A DNA stretch of 64,000 bases from Eledone cirrhosa (GCA_964016885.1 OZ024741.1:344472001-344536000); one strand, 5' to 3'. Numbered from the stretch's first letter, positions 49,611-63,955 are shown. Notes: generated from the letters alone by a model not told the origin. A program made the numbers and translations.

Positions 49611-49676
49611 TTGTTTTTTCTGTTTATGAGCGTATACATATATATATATACGCTCATAAACAGAAAAAACAAGCGC
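49607..49676. repeat. Perfect hairpin (~30-bp arms) centred on TA repeat
   Basis: gcgcttgttttttctgtttatgagcgtata ... tatacgctcataaacagaaaaaacaagcgc. Confidence 0.9.
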
Positions 49677-50164
49677 GCCTTCAACACATACGCACACATA
49701 CATAACATACATACATATTCGCACACATGCTCAGAATTATATATTGAAACATATACATATATAAAATCATATGTACAAACAATTGTTATACAACTTCAAT
49801 GACATACATGCATATATACATATATGAATATATACATACATCCCTACATCCGTTTGTTATTTAAATGAAACTAAACACATACATGTGCACACGAGCACGA
49901 ATACAAATATATGCATACACACAAATATGTGTGAATGTGTGTGTATTTACATTACATACATATATATATATATTTACATTACATATATATATATGTTTAC
50001 ATACATATATATTTACATGGCATATATATATATATATAAACATACATTATATATATATATATATATATATATACATTACACATATATATAAACATATTAA
50101 ACATATACATTATATATATATATATATACACACACACACGCACAAGCATATATATACGCGTATG

Positions 50165-50196
<32 letters not shown>

Positions 50197-50529
50197 TATG
50201 TTTCTTTGTTTATATCAGGTTCTTTCACTTTCTTTATTTTCCCTACCCCTCTCTATCACGGTCTAGCAGCCATTATCACTCACACACACACTCTTTCTTT
50301 CCTTCTCACTCTCCTCTCTCTCCCTTTCTCACCCTCTCATTACTAACTTTCTTCTCTCCATTTCCCTCTCTCTCGCTCTCTGTTAACCACTGCTCACCAG
50401 CTGTCTATACGTCTTTATTGTTTGCTATCCCCCCTCCCCCCGCTCACCTTCTGTCTGTCAATCTCTTTCATATTACTATACCTCTCTTTCTCTGTTTGTG
50501 CTTATATATATTTATGTAAACATACGCAT

Positions 50530-50594
<65 letters not shown>

Positions 50595-50609
50595 CACACA
50601 CACACACAT

Positions 50610-50650
<41 letters not shown>

Positions 50651-50819
50651 CACGTAAACTACTCAATAGTTTTTTTTAAATTTGATAGAATGTAAGTATA
50701 TAAACTAAAGTTACCGCCAACGACAATTTCAACAATAACAATGCCGACAACAACAACAACAATAACGACGACATAATGATCGTTTCTAAGGTGAGCAGTA
50801 ATGATGGGGTAGGGGTAGC

Positions 50820-50950
50820 AGGGGGAAATATCGACCCCCCCCCCCAGTAATTGATATGCACTTTACTTTATTTGACCCCGGATTGATAAAAGGTGAAGTT
50901 AACCTCGGCCGGGATTTGAACTCAGAATGTAAAGGACCGTAGCTCAATAC
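50820..50950 (-). mobile_element. SINE family A, diverged
   Basis: gttaacctcggccgggatttgaactcagaatgtaaagg. Confidence 0.7.
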
Positions 50951-50974
50951 TGTTCTAACGATAAGAACGGCGAC

Positions 50975-52970
50975 GTTAGCAACAACGAAACTCTATAATA
51001 CAATAACAGCAGCAACAACAATGACAGTGGCAATATTGACAATAACAATAGCAATACTAGCAACAATATCAACAACAACAATGACATTATCAACAATACA
51101 ACAATGACAACAACAATACCAATATTAGCAACAACAATACAACAACAATAATATTAACAACAATAGCAATACTAGCAACAATACAACAACAATAACAATA
51201 TTAGCAACAATACAACAACAATGACAATATTAGCAACAATACAACAACAATGACAATATTAGCAACAATACGACAACAACAATGATAATATTAACAATAA
51301 CAAGACATCAACAACATTAGCAACAATACAGCAATGACAACAATACCAATATTAGCAACAACAATACAACAACAACGATAATATTAACAACAATAATACA
51401 TCAACAACAACAATACAACAACAATATTAACAATAGCAATACTAGCAACAATGCAATAACAGTGGTAATATCAGCAACGACAATGCAATAACAGTGGCAA
51501 TATTTGCAGCAACATTACTGCAACAATAACAACAACAATATTGACAGTGATAACAAGAATAACGACAATCGCAACACTAACAACAACAAGAATATAATGG
51601 CAATATTAGCATCAACAATACAACAACAATAACGACAATGGCAACAATACAGTAACAACACTATTAGCAACAACAAGAATAACAATAACAAGAATATCAA
51701 TAGCAATATTAGCAACAATACAACAAGAATAACATTAATGACAATATTAGCAACAACAATAACAAGAATGACAATATTAGCAACAACAATAACAAGAATG
51801 ACAATATTAGCAACCAACAATAACAAGAATAACAGTGACAATATTAGCAACCAACAATAACAAGGATGACAATATTAGCAACAACAATAGCAACAAGAAT
51901 AACAGTGACAATATTAACAATAACAAGAATAATGACAATATTGGCAACAAGAATAACGACAATAACAAGAAGAATATCAATAGCAATATTAGCAACAATA
52001 CAACAAAAATAACATTAATGACAATATTAGCAACAATAACAATATTAGCAACAACAAGAATAACAGTATTAGCATTAACAATAACAACGATAATATTAGC
52101 AACAATGACAATAATGGCAATTGTAATATTAACAATATTGCAATAATAATAAGCAACATTAATACAACAACAATAGCAACATCAACAACAACAAAAATAA
52201 CACTAATGGCGATAATATTTGCAACAAGTAACAATAACAACTGCAATTACAACGACAATATTCATTATCACAATCATCATTACAAATATCCTCCTCCCGC
52301 CTCTTCCTCATCACCACCGCCATCATCATCACCGCAATCATCACAACCTATACTAAAATCACCATTAGCAACAGCATCACTAACACTACCACCATCGCCA
52401 TCATCATCACAGACATCATCACTACTACCACTAAAATCACCATTAGCAACAGCATCAGTAACACTACCACGATCGCCATCATCGCTACCACCACTAAAAT
52501 CACCATTAGCAACAGCATCAGTAACACTACCACTACCGCCATCATCACTACCACCACTAAAATCACCATTAGCAACAGCATCACTAATACTACCACCATC
52601 GCCATCATCATCATCACTATCACTACCAAAATCACCATTAGCTGCAGTACCATCCACCATCACCATCAATCATCATTAACAGTAACACCATTAACACCAC
52701 CGCCGCTATCATCATCATCATCAGTTATCATCACTACCACCACTAAATCACCATTAGCAACAGCATCATCAACTCTACCATCAGCTGCACTGCCACCACC
52801 CCCACGCCATCACAACTACCACACCATCACCACCACTTCAATTACCAGTACCACCACCACCGCCACAACCATCATCATTAACAACGGCAACAGTTAAAAC
52901 AACCTTACCAATAACAACCACAATAACAACGGCAACAACTAGGTCAATATCAAAACTAACTGCAACAACA
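50975..52970. repeat. Cryptic (AAC/AAT)n then (ACC/ATC)n low-complexity tract with a ~60-bp subrepeat
   Basis: aatattagcaac recurs many times; aaatcaccattagc occurs about 6 times in 52355-52770. Confidence 0.85.
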
Positions 52971-53659
52971 CCATTCTAGATATAGCTCCTAGATACCGAG
53001 TGGTCAGCCGTCGATTTCGACGATGAGTGTTCCAACTGTTCGATCACCAGAACAGCTTACACGTGAAATCAACATTTAATTGGTTGGGCATTCCAGACAC
53101 GTTTACCTTAAACGTAATTCTCAGGGAGATTCAGCTTGACACACAGTGTGACAAGACTGACACTTTGGATTACATGTACAGGCCATCTTGTATTATAGTG
53201 TAAGTGGCTGATCATTTCACTGACACGTGTAGCCTTAATGTAGTTCTCAGGGAAATTGAGCGTCATACAGTGTGTGACAAGGCTGGTATCTTGGATTAGA
53301 AGTACAGTCCATCTAACGAGCTTCGTAACAATTTCTATCTACCCAGTTTCACTCACAAGGCCTGTGTTGGTTCAAGTATATGAAACTTACCTACAATGTC
53401 ACTCAGTGGGATCGAAACCGGAACCTAAAGATTGCGACGTGAACTTCTTAACCATTCAGTTATGCTGCGTCCTAGATATATAACAGGGGTAAATAGCCAT
53501 AAACGGAACGGCTTTGATTACAGATCTACTGATGAATGATGGTGATAATATAACGATAAAATTAATAATTAGCAATGAAATTTTCTTCAGTTCAGACTCT
53601 AAAACTGAAACTGTGACCTTCATTTACTATTAAATATGACTTGGTAGGGTATATTATTA

Positions 53660-54620
53660 TGTCGAATTACGAACTTTAGACGCCTTAAGAACTGAAGAAA
53701 ATTATGGGAAACTCCTTTTTTATGGACCCTGGTTCTACTGCAACATTGCAGAGAATACTTTGCTGATCTCCTAAACTCGATCACAACAGCATCTTCTAAT
53801 GTACACGAAGTGCATCTGGGAGCGATGACTAATCTCTGAGACTGACGTCACAAGAGCAATTAAAGAACTCAAATGTGGCAAGGCCGCTGGGGAGGATGAA
53901 ATTCGGACAGATGTTAAACACCTTAAATAGAGAAGGTATTCTCTGGCTGACTCGTGTATGTCGGGTGTCCTGGATCTCTGGAAAGGCACCTAAGCAATAG
54001 CAGTTGGGAGTGATAATCCCAATTTTAAAACATGGAAACAAGAGATATTGCTCCAATTATAGAGGAATCTCCTTGTTAAGTCTCCTCGGTAAAGTCTATG
54101 CTAAGGGTGTGGCAAAGAGATGTAGGGAGATTGTCGAGTCTAAGCTAGCTGATAAAGTGTCGTTTTCGCCCCAGACAAAGCACAGACGACCTACTGTGGA
54201 AGGTTCAGCAGGGGTATGGGATCGATGGTCAGCTTGTTGCTCTGAGTGAGTATTTGTGTTCGGATAAATGGTGCTAAATCGAAACTATTTAATGTGGGAG
54301 TTGGACTCTGCCGAGGGTGGGTACTGTCACCTCTCCTATTCATTATTTTCTGGATTGGCAGTATTGGTAGAGGGTCGCATAGTTACGGCCCTTGCCATTC
54401 TGAGTTCAAATCCCGCCGAGGTTAACTTTGCCTTTCATCCTTACGGGGTCGATAAAATAAAGTACCAGTAATACATTGGGTAATTGCTGGCCTTGTGCCT
54501 AACGTAGAAACAATTATTTTCATGAACAGGTTTGGAAGTGATATCACGACTGACGGGTCAAAAATCAATCGGCTGAAATTTGCAGACGGCATGTTGTTAC
54601 TAACTCGATAGGTGATCACC
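53660..54620 (+). mobile_element. Decayed RTE-type LINE RT fragment interrupted by a SINE
   Basis: IKELKCGKAAGEDEI, IIPILKHGNKRYCSNYRGISLLSLLGKVYAK, RLKFADG. Confidence 0.8.
54351..54514 (+). mobile_element. SINE family A
   Basis: Head, core and gtagaaacaatt tail. Confidence 0.85.
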
Positions 54621-54654
54621 GACTTGCACCCGATAGGTTTGATACCGAATGCTG

Positions 54655-55243
54655 TATGGCTTAATCACGGGGAGCCAGGTTGGGTGAGTAGGGAGGTTGC
54701 TCCAGCACGGTAATGTTCTTTTCGGCCAGGAACTGCCGGATGGACTGGCACCATTTTCGTGCAGCTCTTCCGCATGCCCAAATCTTCGGTGATAATCTTC
54801 CAAACGCTGTCGCGGTTCTTGCCCAGTTCACTTGCCACCAATCGAATAGACAGCCGACGATCGCTAAGTACAACCAGTTAAACGCGCTCAACGTTGGCCT
54901 CCGTCCTGCTCGTTCAAGGCCTTCCGATCCTGGGGTCGTCTTCCACGTCATCGCATCCCTGTTTGAATCTTTTGCACCACTCGAAAACCCGTGAGTGCAA
55001 CATCGTCTCATCTCCGCACACTTGCTGCAGTATTCCGAGTGCGTGTAACGGAGTTTTCCCAGCCGGACCACTATAGATGAGCTGTGAACAAAAGCACGTG
55101 ACAAAAAAGAAACAAACAATGGTTGCAGAGAGCTGAGATCGCAGTTATATACTTTCCACGCCCGGTGACGCAACACGCTAATTCCTACCCCACTCATAAC
55201 TCACACAGCACATTAAGCCCTGTTACTTTTCTGACACACCGCG
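54655..55243 (-). mobile_element. Internally deleted mariner element
   Basis: TA-cgcggtgtgtcagaaaagtaa TIR-like end; RQFLAEKNITVLEQPPYSPNLAP. Confidence 0.8.
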
Positions 55244-57759
55244 TATACAATAATAATAATGAGGGCGTCAGTGTGCTTGGATCTTACATAATTTTATTAA
55301 CTATTATTATGTTTTTAAAGTTAAGAATTATATTTAAAAAAATATGTGTAGGTGCGTAGCTTCCTAGTTAGTGTTTAGCTGAAACTGGAAAGGTCGTGAG
55401 TCCGCGCTGTGTCCTTGAGCAAGGCGCTTCATTTTGCGTTACTCCATGACACTCATCAGGCAAAAATTAGTTATAGCTTTAATTGAAGTGGCCATCCCTG
55501 TCACACATCAATGAGAGAGAGAGAAGAATCGATCCCAGAATTGGACTGGTAATTTATATATCGATTTGATAGAACGAAAGGCAACTAATTCTCATAGTTC
55601 AACTAATATCTTACGAAAGACCGTCTGCCGTCCTAGAAAAGTCTGACACGGAACAGAAATATAAAAGTTTATTGGAACAAATCCAAGCAATAACAATACA
55701 GATGACCAATCAAAGGATAAAGGCGGAGGTAGATGTGACTGGCTCTACGAGATCACTCGACCTGCTAGGAACAGCAGGTAAATCTCCTTCAGATCGCATC
55801 TTGAAGATAAAAAAATCGGTTAACACATTGGAGAATGTAGTTGGAGATATACAAAATGACTCGATGGTTACGATTGGAATGCTTCTGATCATTAGTTTTT
55901 TTGTTTTTTTTAGATAATGGCTCACTAAGTGAGCCATTATCTAAAACATCACAAGCCGAAGTCAACGAGAGTCCCTCTACGTGGTCACTTGGTTTGCTAG
56001 AAATGGCAGCCAAATCTCATTAAAATCACTAAAGACACATCGGATAACGTAATTCTTGATATACAAAAAAAGTTAGGATGGTCAGAGTTGGATTTTGTCT
56101 TCGATGATATAGCTTTGCTTGACCAAAGACTAAATAACAACACAAACAAACAAGGAACATTAACGAGGTCACTTGACATGCAAAAAATAGCAGCCACATC
56201 TCCATCAATTTAAACAAATTCCCATCACAATCACACACTTGGATCTTTTTTTTTTTTTTTTTTTTTTGACAGAAACTCATCAAATTTTATAAGGTGACAT
56301 TTATAAAAAATAATTTTAAAAATGTATATTAAGGGCCCCTGTGTCATATTCAGGTATTTTTTGTTGAGTGAGTTTTATAAATTCAAGTACATAAGCGACG
56401 TAAAAGTTTTCTAACATAGACAACTGTTTCACTTAATGAAATGAAGTATAGCCGGAAAATATGTCACAAGAAGAAGGTCTCAGAAAAGAAGTTACAGGAA
56501 AACCTATTGATAACAGGTTTCAAAAATAACAGTACTCAAAAACAGGACTCAAAAATATTGTTTTCTTTATGATGTTTAGATAACATGTGACTTTGTTTCT
56601 TGGGCGGAAGTTATGAATTCTTCCGCTCACTATAAATTTATTTTCATATTAAACTACCTCAAGTCTTGACTGGTCGTAATTTATTTTATCGCTCCGCAAA
56701 CACTGGAGAAAGAAAAGGAAGTTGAATCTCGGGAGGATACACTCGAAACCAAAACTGAATAGTTACGTGGTCTTTCAACCTGTTAGAAATGGCAAATCAC
56801 ATACTACTTGTCTTAAAAACTCAAAGTTCAAAGAGAAAATTACACTTTGGATATAGTGTCGTCCTCAATATATTATTTCTGGAAGCAAAAGGTACAGTCA
56901 CCGTAGACAGAAATAGTCACGGGAAAAATACAGAAAAAAGTCACAATTTTGGCTCGGAAAGAATTTACGGAGAAAAATGTTACATTTCGTTTATACACCA
57001 TAAATAATAATTTAAATAATTTAAACATATTTAAGTCATTTATTAGTTAACAATATGCGAACTGTACACTATCTATTTAATAGTATTATATACATATGAA
57101 AAAAATAAGCATCTTAAAATTAAACACTGGCTTAAAAGATATTAAACAATTATTAAGCATTTTTAAAAGTTTTCCAGTGACTTCTTTCTCTGACGTTTTT
57201 CTTGTTCTATGACTTTTTTCTGTGATTTACTTATTTATTTATATTTGGATGGTTAAGGGGGATTCATAATTACGGCTGGAATACCTTTGCTCAGTAATTC
57301 TGTTCGATGAGAATTGTCCTTAGGCAATATAACTTAAAACGAGCGCTATCACAGCTACAATCACCACCACATACTCCATCACTACCACCCTAACTTCCTT
57401 TACTATATACACCTTCATAAACATTAGAAATAGAAAAGAATAAAAATGAGTGCCACGGCCGGAATGCACTTGAAGCTGAACAATCACAAGAGTCAACTAC
57501 CATCAAATCACTTTTCATTAACACACTTTTCATTAACACACACATCAGTCACAAGTTAACGGCAGAACTATATGAGAAATAGCAGCCAAATTTATTTACA
57601 TCGCACCCTTACTATCTGTAGAAGAGAAAAGTACATTAGAAAATGTAGACCTTCATACCCGTAAAAATACCAGATGATTAATGTTGAAATGTCTTTGATC
57701 ATAGGTCTGTTCAATCACCGTTGACCTGGTTGCTAAAAACAGTTAAGTATCTGGATATA

Positions 57760-58076
57760 TCATCATCGTCATCATCATTTTACGTCCGCTTTTCCCAGCT
57801 TGCAAGGGTGGGACGGGAACTGATTCTGGCTTGATTTCTACAGCCGGATGCCCTTCCTAACACCAACCTCATTCACAGTGAGTGCTGGGTACTTTTTCTT
57901 TTGCCGTGGCATCTCCACTGGGGTCCCTATCATCTCATTTCTACAACTGAGTAAACTGGAGCAATGTGAAATAAAGTGTCTAGCTCAAGGAAACAACACA
58001 TCACCCGGTCTGAGAATTGAACTCACAACCTTTCGATTGCAAGGCCAATGCTCTAACCACTAAGCCATGTGCCTCC
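57760..58076 (-). mobile_element. SINE family B-headed element with (ATG)n tail
   Basis: Head gagaattgaactc/ctcaaggaaaca in reverse; catcatcgtcatcat tail. Confidence 0.7.
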
Positions 58077-58118
58077 ATATATATACATGAATATTCATAC
58101 TAAGACATACGCCACTAA

Positions 58119-58305
58119 TAATTGTTTCTACTTTTTGGCACAAGGCCAGCAAATTACCCAGTGCATTGCTGGTACTTTATTTTATCGACCCCGTAAGGAT
58201 GAAGGGCAAATTTAACGTCGGTGGGATCCGAACTCAGAATGGCAAGGGCCGTAACTCTATACGTCAAAGCATAGCGTCCGACCCTCTACCGATACTGCCA
58301 ATCCA
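58119..58305 (-). mobile_element. SINE family A
   Basis: Core and head in reverse orientation. Confidence 0.85.
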
Positions 58306-59194
58306 CAATATTCCAGCATCACCACACAAACCCGAACAACCATCAAGTAAAAGGAGACTCTAAGCCAGGGGTCTCAAACACGCAGCTTGGAAACTACTTT
58401 ACTGTGGCAGAACGATTTTCGTGAATAATTAAGGAAAATTTGAAACTTTGTCCCCTTATATTTTTGTACTAATTCACATATCCCACTTACTATTATATGT
58501 GTATTCATTTTGATGAAAAAATAAATATATATATATACCTAATAGCTGTATTACAGATTAGAAATGGAAATTACTATCATTTCACTTTTGGCCCACTGTG
58601 CCAGGACATAATGGTTCTTTTGAGTCTGAGTTTGAGACTCCTACTTTAAGCTGAAGGTGGGAACCGTCAAGGACAGGCAAAGTTTCCACCGCACTCATAT
58701 TTAAAAACCATTCGCCAATGAAAATCTTTAAACGCATACAGAAAAAAAAAGTGCATTGTTTTCTACGGTTTTCGTACCTAGGTAGCTGAAATTTTGCTTT
58801 GGGGGAAATTATTCTGATATTACCAATATTCTTAGAAAACCGAATAATATTGTATACCCTCAAGCACTTCAATATACATTGGGAAAAGTTACTGATTAGA
58901 AAATAATTCATTTAGAGTAATTATGTAAATTAATACAGTATTCTGGAGAACTGTAGTGTTGTTTCCGAGAAAAAAAAAATTAATGCAACAGTTAACTTTT
59001 ATTCTAGGCTGTACGCTTGTCTGTTTATATTTTACACATGTTTATGAAACCCCAATTAAACCATCTCCTGCATAGCTTCTGTGCTACAATTTTGAGCGAA
59101 ACAACATTCTCGGGTCAACTGTAGATTGTTCGAACCTGTTTTTAAAATTTAGTGCAGCCATGGGCAAACTGCAGCCCGTTTGGCTTCCTGAATG

Positions 59195-59372
59195 GTAGGG
59201 GCGGTGAAACATTTCCGGATGGTCGGGGGCAATTTAGTTGTAGTAATTAGTTTAGCTGCTATTATCAAATACCAACCAAGATAGACCTCTCGATAATGTG
59301 ATAAACATGTACATAAATTGTAGCGCATATACAAATAGATGTTTTGGTTGAAAACATAATTCCACCGCCCCT
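59195..59372. mobile_element. hAT-like MITE (same family as 29632-29876)
   Basis: taggggcggtgaaa ... ttccaccgcccctg; shared interior. Confidence 0.7.
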
Positions 59373-59845
59373 GATTGTACGCCTAATTTCAAAATGGCCT
59401 TTAATTTTTTTAGTAGTGCGGCCCGCCTTATGGTGAACCATATTCTATGCGGCCCACTGCTCGAAAAGGTTACAAATGCTTGATATAGAGACTTCGTGAT
59501 TTTGTATTTATCATGGACACATCGTGCTCGAATGATTAAAGAGTTCGCTTCGCCATCATTAGTTCTCGAGTTCGATCTGACTGTGTGACATCTTGGGCAA
59601 GTGTCATTTACCATAGTCTCGGGTTGACCCATGACATTAGGCAGATGTAGGACTGGCATTGCAATTAAGGTCAGTTAAACAGCCGCATAGAGCGTCAACC
59701 ATTCGGCGGCGCATCACTGAACCTTAAAGGATCATGATTTTATACAAATATGTATAATTAAGTGTACAATAAATCACTAAATATATTTGCGATGTAGCAG
59801 CATTGTGGAAATATCCAAAACAGTGGAGAGGGTCGTATGGTATTA

Positions 59846-60028
59846 TAGACCTGTCAACTCTCTTCATCAGACGGGTAGATCTCCTACCACTTTGGGGTAG
59901 GTGAGAGATGGCCTTCTCTTGTGAAAATGGGTATAGCTTTCATTACGTAAAATCTCCCCATTTTGCCTCATTTCTCCCCGTTTTTTCATGGTACTCCCCG
60001 TTTGGGGTTTTAGAGGTTGGCAGGTCTG
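59846..60028. mobile_element. MITE (cagacctgYcaac TIR family) with 6-bp TSD
   Basis: gtatta|tagacctgtcaac ... gttggcaggtctg|gtatta. Confidence 0.85.
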
Positions 60029-60910
60029 GTATTATTATCCGCTGTCCACATGATTTGGCGTGGAAAATGCAGGCTTCGTGTGATCAGAGCAAGACGTGTC
60101 AAAAACTAGGTTCATCAGCTTGCCAAACTGTAAGTGGAAATTATTTTATTTGAGAAAATGGGACGCACATTGTAGGGCTATCTTTGTACTAAATAAACAT
60201 GACGTTGGTTCTGGGTAGATGGAAGTTCGTCGGATGAACTGTACCTGCAATTCAGAGACAGACTAGTTACGCTGAATCTCCCCGAAGATTACGTTAAAGA
60301 TACAGATGTTCGTGGAATTTATATATTAATAGACCTGGGTAAGACCGGGTTCAACCTCTAGATTGAATTGTAAGATGTAAAATTAAAAGATTCATTAGAA
60401 CTACGTTATGGGTGCACATGTCTGCGGAAGACTCAGTCATTTACGCGTTAATTTCACGAGCAAGGTCTTCCAAACAGCTGTAACACTCATCGTCGTAATT
60501 GATAGAGATCTATTCCATATAATTTATATATTAATAAACCAGGGTAAAACCGTGTTCAACGGTTAGGTTAAATAAGCTGTAGACCTATTAATTTGTAAGA
60601 TTAAAATATTCGTAATCTATATTTTTTAAATTTAAATTTGCCACAGTGATTGAAGAGTCCCTCGTCCTTGTTTTACATAGAACTTTTTTTAGGCTTGCTG
60701 AATCCCAAAACCTAGAATCATTTATAGTGCTTCTGAAGCTGTACCATATTTAATAATGCTTTGTTATACTCAATAAATATCCTATCTAACTTAATTGAAA
60801 TAACATAAGCATTAATGGAATAAGATGTATTGAAACATTTGTAAAGCTATTAAATGGTTAAAGAAATCAACTCTGTCATCTCATTGTTTTATATATATAT
60901 ATATATATAT

Positions 60911-61109
60911 AACGAAGGAAGTGTGGCAAGGAACCAGATGGACCATAACGCACCAGAGTACTCAATACTTAGGGTAGTAGAGTGGGTAATAGGAAAATGT
61001 TCATAACACCGACGACAGAGCTCAAAGCGTTTCGACTGCTATTTCTGAACTCCAGAAATAGCCGTCGAAACGGCTTGAGCTCTGCCGCCGGGGTCTTGAA
61101 CATTTTCCT
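60911..61109. mobile_element. Microsatellite-flanked hairpin element with hammerhead 3' half in both arms
   Basis: Arms at 60991-61047 and 61053-61109; GAAACGGC-ttgagctct-GCCGCC-ggggtc. Confidence 0.65.
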
Positions 61110-61376
61110 GTGTGTGTGTGTGTGTGAGAGAGAGAAAAGTTATATTGGAGTTTGTCAATATATATCCTGGTAAAGATTATAGAAGCTCAATGCTAATCAG
61201 TAGCCTTGGTCAATCAGTAATTCAAAAGGCCGGATGATTTTTCAAACTACGTGGACTACGTTATGGACTGTTCCAGTATATCTATTGAGGCACTGCCCGC
61301 CCATCTGGATTGAAACGTTCGTAGAGTAAAATCATGTAAATCTTAACTGGTTTTTCATTGTTATGATATATATATA

Positions 61377-61441
61377 TTCATCTGATGAGCGAACTAGACA
61401 TATGTTAATATTGTCTAGGGTCCTGAAACCTTGGTAATGGA
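61377..61441 (+). ncRNA. Type I hammerhead ribozyme
   Basis: ttcat-CTGATGA-gcgaactagaca..tgtctagggtcct-GAAAC-cttg-GTA-atgga; flanked by TA runs. Confidence 0.72.
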
Positions 61442-61484
61442 GTAGATATATTGTGTTGTTTACTTTCTAATTTTATATATATAT

Positions 61485-61915
61485 ATTGTTTCTATTTTTG
61501 GCACAAGGCCAGCAATGATCCCAGTGCTTTACTGGTACTTTATTTTATCGACCGCGTAAGGATGAAGGGCAAAGTTAACCTCGGATTTGAACTCAGACCG
61601 TAAAGGGACGAAACTCAATGCTGCAAAGGGTAAAGACCTCCGAGGCACAAGTCCGGGCAAAGTTGTTTGTGGAAGACCAGCAACCACCCACGCATACCAG
61701 TCTCCTCTCTCCACACCACTAATGTTGTGCAAGGGAAAGGCAATGGCCGATATAGCTTCACACCAGTGTCATCGCAACTCATTTCTGCAGCTAAATAAAC
61801 TAGATCAACATGAAATAAAGGGTCTTGCTCAAGGACACAACGCATCAGCCGGTCCGTGAATCGAACTCACAACCTACCGATTGCAAGCCCAATGCTCTAA
61901 CCACTAAGCCATGCC
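61485..61915 (-). mobile_element. Adjacent SINE family A (61485-61630) and family B (61630-61915) copies
   Basis: Both cores are present in reverse orientation. Confidence 0.8.
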
Positions 61916-62619
61916 CCCACCTACATATATATATATATGTAGGTGGGGTGGGGTTGTATTCTCATACACACATATATACACATACATACATATTTGTGTG
62001 TGTAGCATGCGTGTACTTTACAGGCAACAGAATAATAAAGGAACTAGAAATTTAGGGAAGTAGGCCCACAATGCCCCCATTTCTCCTATTGTTTTCTTAG
62101 ATATGCTTAGTTAGGGCCAACAAGCGGTTAAGCCCCTCCCCATTATCATACAACACCGCTTTTAACACACAAGATGAACTAACGCGGGAGCCCATATGTG
62201 GTTACTCGATCAGTTAAAAATAGTTGCCAAATCTCCCTCCAATTACACTTTACTGCCTTATATATGGAAAAGGAGATATTATGTAATTTAATCCTAGTAA
62301 CCTATGACTGGAAATCCGTTGATTATATTTATTGATCTGTAACAAAAAAAAACACCAAACACCACAAGCTGACAAGGCAACAATGGTGGTATATAGGTGG
62401 TAATTCAATATGCTAGAAATAGCAGCCCGATTCCCTAAAAAACCCCACACCCCAATGTCTTTTTTTTTAAAGAAAGGAGGACACACTGGATATTCATTTC
62501 TATATAATATGTGTTCAGGAACACTGCGAGAGACAATGTAAATCCACGATGACAAAGCTCGTTCAATAAAAGTAAAAAATGCCTAAGAAGTTTTTCAACA
62601 ATTGTGCTGAAATTTAAAA

Positions 62620-62654
<35 letters not shown>

Positions 62655-62711
62655 CACCACACACACGCACAGTCGGTACATTATTTCATCAACTAAAGAT
62701 TCTTTACTTGA

Positions 62712-63050
62712 ATAATTGTTCCTACTTTTGGCACAAGGCCAGCAATTATGCAGTGCATTACTGGTACTTTATTTTATCGATCCCGTAAGGATGAAAGGCA
62801 AAGTTAGACTCGGCGGGATTTGAACTCAGAACGTAAAGGACCATAACTCCATGCTGCAAAGCATGGTATCAGACGCTCTACTGATACTGCCAATCCACTG
62901 CCCTTGAATAATAACTTTACACACAAGGCGAGTCGTTAGAACATCGTATAGAATGATTTGCAGTATTAGTTCCGGCTCTCTGAGTTCAGATCCCGGCGAG
63001 GTCAACTTTGTATTTGATCTTTTCGAGGTCGATAAAAAAAAGTACTCCCT
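62712..63050. mobile_element. SINE family A (minus, 62712-62902, cttgaataat TSD) and partial plus-strand copy (62960-63050)
   Basis: Core motif in both orientations. Confidence 0.8.
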
Positions 63051-63779
63051 ATCAGATATGCTATCTCCTTTGAACAAAACCTGCTGGAAATGGACTTCAC
63101 CAGGTACATCGGGTAACCCAAAGCACTCCGAGCAAACAAGGGTGTTACTGCAAAACATTAAGAAAAAAACAAATTACAGGATGGCCGCAGCTGGAATGCC
63201 TTTAAACATAGATCTGTTTGGTCACGGCTGGTTTTAGACTTAACTACAACAAACACCCACAATGCGCTGTATTTTAAGTCATACACGCGCTAGCACTATT
63301 ATTATTACTACTACTATCAATACATGTAATCCTCACTACAGTGCCACCCCACCCCAATCATGCACAGAAACGTCTGTCGGCGGGATAAAGTTGCGAGATT
63401 CAAAGAAAAAAAAAAGTATTAAAATAGTTTCACTGCGCCTGCGTACTAAACTTTCAAACTTTTTTGTCCGCTGTGTTGTTGTCACACAGCCGTCTGCTTG
63501 CTTAGATACATTGTTTTCTCTTACTTTTTAGCCCCTCTCCTCTGTTTACATCTTTATCTCTATCTACTTTCCATTGCTTTCTCAGTCTGATTAGCGTTTT
63601 CTAGAAAACCATCTGCCAATACATGTACATATGTACACACGCACATACATACGCATACGCGCGCGTACACTCACACACACGCATATAGGGATTGTAACGT
63701 CAACTTATTGTAGGTTGACCAATGTTAGCACTCGATGCATAGTTTCCAGTAGGTATTGGTGTTGAACTAAGCAGAGTGT

Positions 63780-63955
63780 AATAATTTTCTACTTTTGGCA
63801 CAAGGCCAGCAAATAATCCAGTACATTACTGGTACTTTATTTTATCGACCCCCGTAAGGATGAAAGGCAAAGTTAACCTCGGTGGAATTTGAACTCAGAA
63901 TGACAAGGGCCGTAACTCTATGCATCAAAGCATGGCGTCCGACCCTCTGCCGATA
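63780..63955 (-). mobile_element. SINE family A
   Basis: Core and head in reverse orientation. Confidence 0.85.

Noticed and set aside
52206-52679. Pro/Ser-rich 157-aa ORF (LKSPLATAS repeats)
   Set aside because: Embedded in a low-complexity tract with no splice or domain evidence.
53525-53585. CTGATGA motif
   Set aside because: No helix II or helix I pairing.
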